From positions 2,400,001 through 2,464,000 of the forward strand of contig OZ253555.1 in assembly GCA_965262725.1 (NCBI GenBank): a stretch of 64,000 nt of DNA, written 5' to 3'. Every line of letters starts with the position of its first letter. The stretch's first letter is position 1. This stretch comes from Dehalococcoidia bacterium. Its GTDB lineage: Bacteria; Chloroflexota; Dehalococcoidia; UBA2979. The translations under genes and the position numbers were made by a program. This document shows, piece by piece, positions 1 through 10,621 of the stretch. The notes beneath the pieces are model-generated. The model made no database searches. It was not told where the DNA came from and saw nothing but the letters and a program-made list of their open reading frames with translations.

Positions 1-3000
1 TCGGCCGCCTTCGCCGCTCACTGCTCGGGGACCAGCTACCACCCGGATCCGACGACCGTCACGGTGGATGCCGTGCCCATCGTGGCCGAGTCGACCACCG
101 ACGGGTACTTCGCGCTCTACGTGAAGCACGACGTGGACGGCACGGAGGTGGAGCTGCCGGTCTTGGTCAAGCGGGGCGAAGCCGGCACGACCACACTCGC
201 CGAGAACGTGGAGGCGCTGCCCGCCGAGCGCTACCGCGTGGAGAAGTACCTCATCGCCGATCCGGCCGACGTCGACGGTGACTGCATCGACGACATCACC
301 GAACTTGCCGATCCGGTCGGGATGAACCCGGTGAACCCTGCCCCCGCCGTCGCACTCAACGACGGTGCCGTGGTCATTTCCGATCGGGACACGTTCGAGG
401 CGTTGGCCGTTTCCTCGCGCCTGAAATTCATTGCGTTCGACGTAGCAACCGACCGACCGGTTCTCTATTTCCTGAACACCAAGACTCACGACAACCACAT
501 CAGCTTCCTGGATGCTGTAGGTTTGGATTTTGATCTTGACGCGTACCGGGGGGACATCTCCTATGACCCCACACAGGTTGCCTCTGATGGCAGTCTCGGA
601 GCCTACTACTACAACAGCACCCTAAATAAGAGCTATCCTCTCAACGTCGAAACGCGTCTCTATACAATACTGGCCGCCAGCCTGCCACTGATCGAGAAGA
701 ATATCTCTCTCTATATACCCAACCAGAAGCTTCCGACGACTCGGCACGTCGTGCCATTGTTGAGGGAATCCCGTATTCCGCTTCTGTTCACCGAAGACGT
801 CATTCCCGGAGGGAATTTTCTTGCCTTGAACCCGGGTGAAGGATACGGGCGACTGCAGGTCCTGAACCCGGACGACCGGCCCCACCCGCGCGACGTGGTG
901 ATCTACGAGGCGCTTCCCAACGAACTGCCCCGCGTCGCCGGCATCATCTCCACAGTGCCCCAAACCCCGTTGTCGCACGTCAACCTGCGCGCCATCCAGG
1001 ACGGCGTGCCCAACGCCTTTGTCCGGGACGCGCTCGACGAGCCCGGCATCGACGGCCTCATAGGCAGCTACGTCCGCTACGTGGTGACCGACAGTGGCTG
1101 GGATCTGCGTGCGGCCACGCTTGCGGAGGTGGAGGCCCACTACGAGGAGTCACGGCCCGCCCACACCCAGACCCCGGAACGCGACCTCGCCGTCACTGAG
1201 ATCACGCCCTTGAGTGAGATTGGCTTCGGCGGCTCGGATGCCTTCGGCGTCAAGGCGGCCAACGTTGCCGTCCTTGGGAAGCGCGGTCTTCCCGAGGGGA
1301 CGGTCCCGGACGGCTTCGCCATCCCGTTTTACTTTTATGACGAGTTCATGAAGCACAACAACTTCTACGAACGCATCGAAACCATGCTCGCCGACCCCGA
1401 CTTCCAGTCGGACTTCGACGTCCAGGACGACATGCTCGACGATCTGCGCGAAGACATCGAGGGCGCGGACACGCCCCAGTGGATACTCGCGGCACTGGCG
1501 ACGATGAACGAGGGGTTCCCCGCGGGCATCAACCGTCGCTACCGCTCCAGCACCAACAACGAGGACCTGCCGGGGTTCAACGGCGCGGGACTGTACGACT
1601 CCAAGTCCCAGAAGCCGGATGAAGACGAGGACGACGGCCTCGACAAGTCGCTCAAAGAGGTCTACGCGAGCCTCTGGAACTTCCGCGCCTTCACCGAGCG
1701 CGAGTTCCACCGCATCGATCATCTGGCGGCCGCGATGGGGATCCTTGTGCACCCCAGCTACCAGGACGAACTGGCCAACGGCGTCGCCGTCACCTTTGAC
1801 CCTCTGTCAGTCAACTACGACAGATATTATGTGAATACGCAGCTTGGCGAGGATCTGGTGACCAATCCCGAGGCCCACTCGACGCCCGAGGAGCTCCTGC
1901 TACGAAAATCCGGTTCCCTCTACGTCGTCCTGGCCACCTCCAACCTGTTGGACCCGGGGGAGCTCCTGATGAGCTACACGCAGCTGCGCCGGTTGCGCGA
2001 TCACCTCACCGTGATCCACGACGACTTCCACGGGCTGTACAACCCCGGCCCCGGCGACCCGTTCGCCATGGAGATCGAGTTCAAGATCACCAGCGAGGGT
2101 GTCCTGGCGATCAAGCAGGCCCGGCCCTGGGTCTTCGGCGGCGCCTCCACGGTGGTGAAGCCTCCCGTCACGCCGGTGTCGGTCGGCTTCGGGGCCAGCA
2201 GCTACACCGTGGCGGAGGGCGAGAGCGTGCCGGTGGTCGTCTCGCTGAGCGCCGATCCCGAACGCACCCTGACGATCCCGCTCACCCCGAGGGAGCAGGG
2301 CGGCGCCTCCAGCGCCGATCACTCGGGTATCCCGGCGAGCGTGACGTTCGTGAGCGGTGTGACGTCGCGCATGGTCGATGTCAGCGCAGCAGCGGATGGC
2401 GAGGCGGACGCCGGCGAGAGTGTGTGGATCGGCTTTGGCGCCCTGCCGGCAGGCGTCACGGTTGGCGGCAGGCCCACGACCACAATCGCCATCACGGACA
2501 GTGGCGCCCCCCCTGTCGAGCCCCCCGTGACGGTGATTCTCGGGGGAGGTGGCGGCGGTGGCGGACCGTCCGGACCAACGCCGAGCGACGTCGACTTCGA
2601 GTGGAACGTCACCCGCGACATCGAGGAGCTCGACGGCGACCACGGTTCGCCCACCGGCGCCTGGTCCGACGACACGACGCTCTGGCTCGCCGAGAACGCC
2701 GACGGCGCCGACGACGCCGTCTACGCCTACGACCTCGCCACGGGCGAACGCGTCGAGGAGCTCGAGTTCGAGCTCGACGACGCCAACCTCGCGCCTCGTG
2801 GGGTCTGGTCCGACCTCCGCACCATCTGGATCTCCGACAGCGGCAAGGACAAGCTCTTCGCACACGACCTGGGTAGCGGCGAGCGCCTCCCCGACTCCGA
2901 CCTCGCACTGCACCCCGACAACGACGACCCGCGCGGCATCTGGTCCGACGGCTCGACGATGTGGGTGCTCGATGGCCGCGACGACGCCCTCTTCGGCTAC

Positions 3001-4152
3001 GACCTCGTAAGCGGCGAGCTGCTCGCGGGGTACGCCCTGCACGACGACAACGGCGACCCGCACGGCATCTGGTCCGACGGCGTCAGCGCCTGGGTCTCCG
3101 ATGACGGCGCCAGGCGCCTCTTCGCCTACCGTCTGCCCTCGATCGCTCAGGAAGAGGCGGGCGAGGACGAGGACCTCGCGCTCGAACGTGTGCGCGACGA
3201 GGAGTTCTGGAAGCTCCCCCGCGTCAGCAACAACAGCCCGCGCGGTCTCTGGTCGGATGGCGACGTCATGTACGTCGCCGACGAGAACGACGACAAGGTC
3301 TACAGCTACAACATGCCCGACGCGATCGACGCGCGGCTCGCCTCGCTCACCCTGAGCGATGTGGAGATCGGCAAGTTCTCAGGCAGCCGGGCGGAGTATG
3401 CGGGAGTCGCCGCGGACGGTGCGACGGCGACGACGGTCGAGGCGGAGGGGAGGCAGTCCGGCGCGACGGTCGTGGTGGGGCCCCCCGACAGCGACGGGGG
3501 CACCGACGGCCACCAGGCAACCGTGGACGCCGGCTCGGAGATCACGGTGACCGTGACCTCCCCCGACGAGAGCCGCATGCGCGTCTACCGCGTGCGCATC
3601 GGCGGCGCGGCGGAGCAACTGGCAGCGCCCGCCTGCCTGAGCGGGAGCATCGACGTCGGCTTCAGCCTCGTCATCTCCGCGGCCGGCAGCGTCGGGGACC
3701 TCGTCTCCTGCGCGCAGGGCCGCGACGCCACCGCCGTCTACGCGCTGCACGACGGCGGATACGTGCCCTACATCCTCGGTGCGCCCGAGTTCGTGAACCG
3801 GTCCTTCCGCGAACTCTACGCCGACGGCCTCCCCTCCTTCACGCCGCTGATTGCGAAGAGCGAGGGGCCGCCCTCGCCCGCGCCTGCGAGTGACGGCGTG
3901 CCGGAGTTCGGGCCGGAGTGCCTGCGCGGCGAGATCGCCGTCGGCTTCAGCCTCGTGCTCTACGGGGGCGGCACCGTCGACGAGCTGAAGACGTGCGTGG
4001 AGAGCCGCGACGCCACCGCCGTCTACGCGCTGCACGACGGCGGATACGTGCCCTACATCCTCGGTGCGCCTGAGTTCGTGAACCGCGGCTTCAGGGAGTT
4101 GTTCCTCGAGGGCCTCGCCCCGGTCACCCCGCTGATCGCCAAGCGCGACTGA
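1..4152 (+). CDS. Large surface protein (5' end outside the window): PEP/pyruvate-binding (PPDK_N-like) dikinase region with phosphohistidine motif, Calx-beta, Gly linker, beta-propeller, cadherin-like domain and 2x C-terminal ~80-aa domain (copy A)
   Basis: Frame 1 is open from base 1. Motifs: QTPLSHVNLRA, FGVKAAN, VPDGFAIPF, RYRSSTNNEDLPGFNGAGLYDS, EIEF...IKQARP; VGFGASSYTVAEGESV (Calx-beta); GGGGGGG; repeated PRGIWSDG; two GFSLV...YVPYILGAPEFVNR repeats. Confidence 0.85.
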   Translation, partial: SAAFAAHCSGTSYHPDPTTVTVDAVPIVAESTTDGYFALYVKHDVDGTEVELPVLVKRGEAGTTTLAENVEALPAERYRVEKYLIADPADVDGDCIDDITELADPVGMNPVNPAPAVALNDGAVVISDRDTFEALAVSSRLKFIAFDVATDRPVLYFLNTKTHDNHISFLDAVGLDFDLDAYRGDISYDPTQVASDGSLGAYYYNSTLNKSYPLNVETRLYTILAASLPLIEKNISLYIPNQKLPTTRHVVPLLRESRIPLLFTEDVIPGGNFLALNPGEGYGRLQVLNPDDRPHPRDVVIYEALPNELPRVAGIISTVPQTPLSHVNLRAIQDGVPNAFVRDALDEPGIDGLIGSYVRYVVTDSGWDLRAATLAEVEAHYEESRPAHTQTPERDLAVTEITPLSEIGFGGSDAFGVKAANVAVLGKRGLPEGTVPDGFAIPFYFYDEFMKHNNFYERIETMLADPDFQSDFDVQDDMLDDLREDIEGADTPQWILAALATMNEGFPAGINRRYRSSTNNEDLPGFNGAGLYDSKSQKPDEDEDDGLDKSLKEVYASLWNFRAFTEREFHRIDHLAAAMGILVHPSYQDELANGVAVTFDPLSVNYDRYYVNTQLGEDLVTNPEAHSTPEELLLRKSGSLYVVLATSNLLDPGELLMSYTQLRRLRDHLTVIHDDFHGLYNPGPGDPFAMEIEFKITSEGVLAIKQARPWVFGGASTVVKPPVTPVSVGFGASSYTVAEGESVPVVVSLSADPERTLTIPLTPREQGGASSADHSGIPASVTFVSGVTSRMVDVSAAADGEADAGESVWIGFGALPAGVTVGGRPTTTIAITDSGAPPVEPPVTVILGGGGGGGGPSGPTPSDVDFEWNVTRDIEELDGDHGSPTGAWSDDTTLWLAENADGADDAVYAYDLATGERVEELEFELDDANLAPRGVWSDLRTIWISDSGKDKLFAHDLGSGERLPDSDLALHPDNDDPRGIWSDGSTMWVLDGRDDALFGYDLVSGELLAGYALHDDNGDPHGIWSDGVSAWVSDDGARRLFAYRLPSIAQEEAGEDEDLALERVRDEEFWKLPRVSNNSPRGLWSDGDVMYVADENDDKVYSYNMPDAIDARLASLTLSDVEIGKFSGSRAEYAGVAADGATATTVEAEGRQSGATVVVGPPDSDGGTDGHQATVDAGSEITVTVTSPDESRMRVYRVRIGGAAEQLAAPACLSGSIDVGFSLVISAAGSVGDLVSCAQGRDATAVYALHDGGYVPYILGAPEFVNRSFRELYADGLPSFTPLIAKSEGPPSPAPASDGVPEFGPECLRGEIAVGFSLVLYGGGTVDELKTCVESRDATAVYALHDGGYVPYILGAPEFVNRGFRELFLEGLAPVTPLIAKRD
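2704..3604. repeat. Left arm of a 901-bp near-identical inverted repeat (partner 5118-6018)
   Basis: Reverse complement of 5118-6018 matches; encoded peptides are nearly identical (LFAYRLPSIAQEEAGEDEDLAL...RMRVYRVRIG). Confidence 0.9.
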
Positions 4153-4545
4153 CGCCCTCGCCGCACACGGTCCAGCCCGTGACATCAGGGCGCACTGCCT
4201 GCGAGGAATGCGCCCTGCGCTCTGCCTTCGCGCGGCCGGCAGGGGCGACGCTCACCACCACTCCTGCCTGGCGAGTCACACTGATGGAAGACCGTCGTGA
4301 GACGGGTTGTCATTCCCATAGTGCGGGGATTCCGCGAGTAGACCGTCTGGCCACCGGCGCGACGAATGTCAGCGTCGCCTCTCCCGCGCCTAGCGGGGGA
4401 CCGCCGCCTCTCGCCGACTTGCCAAGTGGCGTATCGACTGATCTTCGACCAATTCGACCGAGATCTGGTGGTCGCTATTGTATAGACCGAGTTCGATCAC
4501 TGGCTCAGGAGCTGCTTCCGCAACGGCCGAGGGGGAGGCCGCTGT

Positions 4546-6040
4546 CTACGGCGCCCCCGCGCTCACGCCGTCGCTCTTCACGATCAGGGGCGCGGCGGCG
4601 GGGAGCCCGTCTGTGAACAGCTCGCGGAAGGACCGATTCACGAAGTCCGGGGCACCGAGGATGTAGGGGACGTAGCCGCCTTCATCGAGGGCGTAGATGG
4701 CCGTGATGTTGCGGCTCTCCGCGCAGGTCGTTAGTTCCTCGATCGCACCGCCCTGGTAGAGGACGAGGCTGAAGCCCGTGGCGACCTCGCCACGCAGGCA
4801 CTCCGCCCCGAACTCCGGCACGTCGTCACCCGCCGGCGCGGCGGACGGAGGCCCCTCGCTCCTGGCGATCAGCGGCGTGAATGGGGGGAGATCGTCGGTG
4901 TAGAGCTCGCGGAAGGACCGGTTCACGAACTCGGGCGCGCCGACGATGTAGGGCATGTACACCCCGTCGCTCAGGGCATAGAGGGCCGTGACGTGGCGGC
5001 TCTGCGCGCAGGAGACGACGTCATCGACGCTGCCTGCCGCGGAGATGAGGAGGCTGAAGCCGACGGCGATGCTCCCGCTCAGGCAGGGCGCCGCCGACCG
5101 CTCTGCCTCGGCCGTGTCGCCGATGCGCACGCGGTAGACGCGCATGCGGCTCTCGTCGGGGGAGGTCACGGTCACCGTGATCTCCGAGCCGGCGTCCACG
5201 GTTGCCTGGTGGCCGTCGGTGCCCCCGTCGCTGTCGGGGGGCCCCACCACGACCGTCGCGCCGGACTGCCTCCCCTCCGCCTCGACCGTCGTCGCCGTCG
5301 CACCGTCCGCGGCGACTCCCGCATACTCCGCCCGGCTGCCTGAGAACTTGCCGATCTCCACATCGCTCAGGGTGAGCGAGGCGAGCCGCGCGTCGATCGC
5401 GTCGGGCATGTTGTAGCTGTAGACCTTGTCGTCGTTCTCGTCGGCGACGTACATGACGTCGCCATCCGACCAGAGACCGCGCGGGCTGTTGTTGCTGACG
5501 CGGGGGAGCTTCCAGAACTCCTCGTCGCGCACACGTTCGAGCGCGAGGTCCTCGTCCTCGCCCGCCTCTTCCTGAGCGATCGAGGGCAGACGGTAGGCGA
5601 AGAGGCGCCTGGCGCCGTCATCGGAGACCCAGGCGCTGACGCCGTCGGACCAGATGCCGTGCGGGTCGTCGTTGTCATCGTGCAGGGCGTACCCCGCGAG
5701 CAGCTCGCCGCTTACGAGGTCGTAGCCGAAGAGGGCGTTGTCGCGGCCATCGAGGACCCACATTTTCGCGCCGTCGGACCAGATGCCGCGCGGGTCGTCG
5801 TTGTCGGGGTGCAGTGCGAGATCGGAGTCGGGGAGGCGCTCGCCGCTACCCAGGTCGTGTGCGAAGAGCTTGTCCTTGCCGCTGTCGGAGATCCAGATGG
5901 TGCGGAGGTTGGACCAGACCCCGCGAGGCGCGAGGTTGGCGTCGTCGAGCTCGAACTCGAGCTCCTCGACGCGGTCGCCCGTGGCGAGGTCGTAGGCGTA
6001 GACGGCGTCGTCGGCGCCTGGGCCGTTCTCGGCGAGCTAG
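4546..6040 (-). pseudogene. 3' part of surface protein copy B (propeller, cadherin-like, 2x C-terminal domain), separated from its 5' part by IS5
   Basis: Frame resumes as LAENGPGADDAVYAYDL right after the IS and matches copy A; ends VSAGAP*. Confidence 0.9.
5118..6018. repeat. Right arm of the 901-bp inverted repeat (partner 2704-3604)
   Basis: Direct sequence comparison. Confidence 0.9.
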
Positions 6041-7248
6041 GGGTTCTCTGAACAGGTCGCCGCGTCGTTACTGGAGCACATGCACACTCCGATGACTATA
6101 TGCGATCATGGCACTCCTCCGGGAAAGGGGAGCGCTGCCATGCATCAGCCGACATTCGCGAGAGTCGAGTTCGAGCGGGATGGCTACAAGACGCGCCGCC
6201 AGAAGTTCCTCGAACGGCTGGATGGCCTCGTCCCGTGGCAGAGGTTCGAAGCAGCCATCGAGCCCCACTACCCGAAACCGGGCCGCGGGCGGAGGCCCTA
6301 CCCGCTCTCCGTGATGCTGCGCATCCATACCGTGCAACTCTGCTACAACCTCAGCGACCCCGGCATGGAGGATCTGCTCCACGAGGCCGAGTCGGTGCGA
6401 GCCTTTTGCTTCCTCACGCTCTCCGAGCCCATCCCCGACGAGACGACGATCCTCAACTTCCGGCACCTGCTCGAGCGCCACTCCCTGGGTAGCAGGATCC
6501 TCCAACTCATCAACGAGCACCTCACGAGCAAGGGATTGAAGCTGAGCGAGGGCAGCATCGTGGATGCGACCATCATCTCGGCGCCATCGTCGACGAAGAA
6601 TCGCGGGCGGGCGCGGGACCCGGAGATGCATCAGACCAAGAAGGGGAAACAGTGGTTCTTCGGGATGAAGCTGCACATCGGCGCCGACAGGGATACTGGA
6701 CTGGTCCACAACTTCACGACCACGCCTGCGAACGTGTCGGACGTGTCTGAGACGCACCGCCTGCTGCACGGCGAGGAAGCCGAGGTCTACGGCGACGCCG
6801 GGTACCGGGGCGTGCAGAAGAGACCCGAGAACGCGGACTCCAGGGTCAAGGACTGGAACGTGGCGATGCGCCCGGGCCTCCGGCGTGCGCTCGACCCGGA
6901 GAGTCCTGAGGCCGTCGAGGAGAAGCGGAAGGCATCGGTGCGAGCGCTGGTGGAGCACCCGTTCTACAGCGTGAAGCGGCGCTTCGGCTACGCCAAGGTG
7001 CGGTACCGGGGTCTCTTCAAGAACCACGAGCGGTGTGCGGTCTTGCTGGGGTTCCACAACCTGCTCACCGCGAAGCCGCACCGTGCCTGACCGTGGGTGG
7101 AGTGCGCCCTCCCCGCCCCACACGGGGCGAGGAGGGGAGCCACAGGGGCCCGCGAGGGGGCGGATATGACCACTGTCATCGGGAATCCGCCTGAGAGCGC
7201 CTGACCGCGGCGAAACTGGGTCGCTAGACCCACCTGATCAGACTTGCC
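6041..7248 (+). mobile_element. IS5-family insertion sequence (IS5 subgroup), 1208 bp, CTAG target duplication
   Basis: Imperfect IRs GGGTTCTCTGAACAGGT / revcomp GGCAAGTCTGATCAGGT; CTAG at 6037-6040 and 7249-7252. Confidence 0.92.
6140..7090 (+). CDS. IS5-family DDE transposase
   Basis: KTRRQKFLERLD, IPDETTILNFRHLLE, IVDATII, RDPEMHQTKKGKQWFFGMKLHIG, YGDAGY, VEHPF, KVRYRGL. Confidence 0.95.
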   Translation: MHQPTFARVEFERDGYKTRRQKFLERLDGLVPWQRFEAAIEPHYPKPGRGRRPYPLSVMLRIHTVQLCYNLSDPGMEDLLHEAESVRAFCFLTLSEPIPDETTILNFRHLLERHSLGSRILQLINEHLTSKGLKLSEGSIVDATIISAPSSTKNRGRARDPEMHQTKKGKQWFFGMKLHIGADRDTGLVHNFTTTPANVSDVSETHRLLHGEEAEVYGDAGYRGVQKRPENADSRVKDWNVAMRPGLRRALDPESPEAVEEKRKASVRALVEHPFYSVKRRFGYAKVRYRGLFKNHERCAVLLGFHNLLTAKPHRA

Positions 7249-9726
7249 CTAGAGGGTCGTGTCGTCGGACCAGAGGCCGGTGGGCGAACCGTGGCCGCTG
7301 GCGAGCTCGTCGATGTCGCGGGTGCCGTTCCACTCGAAGTCGACGTCGCTAGGGGACCGGCTGGAGGGCGCGCCGCCGCCGCCGCCGCCGCCGAGAATCA
7401 CCGTCACCGGGGGGTCGACAGGGGGGTCGGCACTACGATCCCTGATGGCGACTGTGGTCGCGGGCGTACCGCCAACCGTGACGCCTGTCGGCAGGGCGCC
7501 AAAGCCGATCCACACACTCTCGCCGCCGTCGTCATCGGTGTCCTCGGTCGCGCTGAAGACAAAGGTCTTCGAGGTCTCGCCGCTTGCGAACGTGATGCTC
7601 GTGGGCACGGGCTCGTAGTCGGCGGACGACGCTCCGTTCTGGTTGGCCGTCGTCAGCGGGATCGTCACCGAGCGCTCTGGGTCCGCGCTCAGCGAAACAG
7701 TGACCGCTACCGTGTCGCCCTCCGTGGCGGTGTACATGGCCGAGCCGAAGCTCGCCGTCACCTGGGGGTCGTCATCGTCCGTGCCGCTCACCCACCGCAC
7801 CCCCCCGGGCGACCCCGGCCAGCAAGCGACAGCCCCTTCGGTCCTGATGGCGCACCCGTTATGGGATCTGACGGCAAGGGCGGCGAAGGTTCCCGCGGGC
7901 GTGTCGGTTTGACCTATACCGTTGTTCCCCCAGCAGGCGATGGTGTTGTCGCTCCTGATGGCGCAACTGTGAAGGGTTCCGAGCAAGAGGGCGATGAAGC
8001 TGCCGGTGGGTGCGTCGGACCGCCCGTGGTCGTTGAGTCCCCAGCAGGCAACGGTGTCGTCGGCCCGGATGGCACACGTGTGATCTTCACCAACGGCAAC
8101 TGCCTCGTAGGCGCCGGCGGGCGCATCAGCCTGCCCGTCGTCGTTGAGTCCCCAGCAGGCAAGGGAGCCGTCGGTCTTGATGGCGCACGCGTGATCGTCG
8201 CCAACGGCAAGTGTTTTGTAGCTGCCGGAGGGCGCATTGGTCTGCCCGTCCTGGTTGCGGCCCCAGCAATCGATGGTGTCGTCGGTCTTGATGGCGCACG
8301 TGTAGAAGTTGCTGGAGGCGAGGGCTTTGTAGGCGCCGCTGGGCGGGTTGGTCAGACCATGGTGCCCGTCTCCCCAGCAGGCGATGGTGCCGTCGGTCTT
8401 GATGGCGCAGGTGTGGAGGTCGCCGGGGGCGAGGGCTTTGTAGGCGCCTGCGGGCGCAGCGGTCTGCCCCTGCTCGTCGTATCCCCAGCAGGCAATGGTG
8501 TCGTCCGTGGCGATGGCGCACGTGTGATCGAAGCCAGCCGTGAGGGACTTGTATGCGCCCGCGGGGGCGTCCGTCTCGCCGACATCGTTGTGCCCCCAAC
8601 AGGCGATGGTGTCATCGCCGGCGATCGCACACGTGTGATCGTCGCCGGCATCAATGGCCCGGTAACTGCCGGCGAGTTCGCCGTTCAACGCAAAGGGGCT
8701 TCTCCCCCAGCAGTCGACCGTTCCGTCAGTTGCGACCGCGCAGGTGAGCTCAAGACTGAGGGACAGGGCCTGGTAGGTGCCCGCCGGTGCGTCGGTTTCC
8801 CCGTTGCCGCCGCGTCCCCAGCAAGCGACGGTGTCGTCCGTTCGGATAGCGCAGTATCGATGGGAGCCAGCGGCGATGGCTTTGAACGTGCCCGCCGGGG
8901 CATCTGTCTGCCCCGATGTGTTTTGCCCCCAGCAGGCGATCGTGTCATCGGTGGCGATAGCGCAGGTGTGATAGTGCCCGGCGACAACGGTCTTGTAGGT
9001 GCCTGCCGGAGCCCTTCTCTGACCCTTGTCGTTCCATCCCCAGCAATCGATGGTGTCGTCCGTTGCGATGGCGCAATTGTGAACCTCCCCAGCCACCAGC
9101 GCCTTGTAGACGCCGTTCGGCGGGTTCACCAACCCCCTGTCGGGGTAGCCCCAGCAGGCGATGGTCCCGTCGGTCCTGAGGCCGCAGGTGTGCTCCCAGC
9201 CGATGGTGAGGGCTTTGAAGGCACCCGTCGGCGCCTGGGTCTGCCCGAACGCGTTGTACCCCCAACAGTCGATGGAGTCGTCAGTCGCAATGGCGCACGC
9301 GTGACGATCTCCCGCGGTAACGCTCCGGTACGTGCCGGCCGGCGAGTTCAACTGCTCGATGTCGTTGCTTCCCCAGCAGGCAATGGTGTCGTCCGTGGCG
9401 ATGGCGCACGTGAAACGGCCACCCAGGGCGATTGATTCGTAGGCACCCGCCAGCGGCCTGCTCATTCCGCTGTCGTTGCTGCCCCAGCAACTGATGGTGC
9501 CGTCGGTGGCGAGGGCACACGTGTGCCAGATGCCGGCGCTCACGGTCGTGTAGGTTCGGCCCTCGTCGGCGGCAGCGACAGACGGCCGGGTGGCAGCGCT
9601 GCCTAACCCGAGTAACACCACCGCAGCGAGGAGCAGCGTTACGGCGCGACGAGCGCCGAGGGTCCGTCTGGAGGAGGATATCCTGGCGCTCGTTTCACAG
9701 TGGTTCACCACCTGCTCGGTGTTCAT
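7249..9726 (-). pseudogene. 5' part of surface protein copy B: signal peptide, many RCC1-like repeats, Calx-beta, Gly linker; interrupted by IS5
   Basis: Hydrophobic signal (AVTLLLAAVVLLGLG...AAA); ~37-aa repeats AGxxHTCAIxTDDTIACWG; ASFGSAMYTATEGD; GGGGGGG..SDVDFEWN. Start at ATG 9726 is inferred. Confidence 0.88.
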
Positions 9727-10450
9727 GCAGTCCGCGGGTCTCGTGACCACCTCGGGAGCCGCGTCCGCCACGGCTGAGGGTGACCCCTCCACCTGCGGGG
9801 AGGGGTCACGCCCGCCGCGCTCACGCCGTCGCTCTTCACGATCAGGGGCGCGATGGCGGGGAGGCCGTCTGTGAACAACGCGCGGAAGGACCGATTCACG
9901 AAGTCGGGGGCACCGAGGATGTAGGCGACGTAGCCGCCTTCGTCGAGCGCGTAGATGGCCGTGATGTTGCGGCTCTGCGCGCAGGTCACGAGTTCCTCGA
10001 TCGCACCGCCCTGGTAGAGGACGAGGCTGAAGCCCGTGGCGCCCGTGCCGCGCAGGCACTCCGGTCAGGGCGGAGGCCGTCTGTGCTGCCGTCGGCGTCG
10101 GTGAGGGGGTTGTCGCTGCCGTCGAGGAACTCGAGCGTGGCGTTCGCATCGTTCCTCGTGGGCGACACGGTGATCTGCGTGACCGTGTCGCCCACGGCAG
10201 CCGCGTAGGACGTGATGCCGCTGGCGAAGGGCGGATCCAGCCGTCCCTCGCTCAGCTCAAGGCCGCTCAGCGTGGCGTCGGTGCTCGGCGGGGTCTGGGC
10301 GGCGACGGGCGAGGCCAGCGCCCCAAGCAGGCCGAGCAACGCCACCAGGGCACAGGCACTCAGCCGGGGCGGCGCCCAGCGAGGAGAGGGTGCACACCTG
10401 GCACCGGCCTGCCCACCGGCCAACTGCGAGCATCGAGGACGATTCTGCAC
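9723..10450 (-). pseudogene. Internally deleted surface protein copy C: signal peptide plus cadherin-like domain joined out of frame to the last C-terminal domain
   Basis: ASPVAAQTPPSTDATLSGLELS...; junction near 10073 to ECLRGTGATGFSLVLYQGG...; TGA at 10065-10067 where copy D has TGG. Confidence 0.8.
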
Positions 10451-10499
10451 TGATGAACAGTAGTGGTCACGATGATGCTAGTTCAAGCGGTGAGCATAC

Positions 10500-10621
10500 G
10501 TGGCGAAGCGCCCGCACAGCAGCCTCGGCTGGCTCTCCCCGGCCGCCTCCGCCGAGCACTGGAGGGCGAAACAACTGGTTGGACTCTCATAAGCGGTGGT
10601 CTCGTGAAGGGGGTCCGGTCA
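10500..10621 (+). mobile_element. IS3-family right-end remnant
   Basis: KRPHSSLGWLSPAASAEHW (OrfB C-terminus) followed by IR-like ...GAAGGGGGTCCGGTCA. Confidence 0.7.

Noticed and set aside
7800-9550. RCC1 repeats as a CRISPR array or DGR target
   Set aside because: They are in-frame, degenerate coding repeats; no cas or reverse transcriptase gene and no adenine-specific TR/VR pair was seen
7249-10149. 966-aa ORF as called in the track
   Set aside because: The first ~140 codons are an off-frame reading of pseudogene C; the signal peptide follows ATG 9726, and the end is created at the IS5 site
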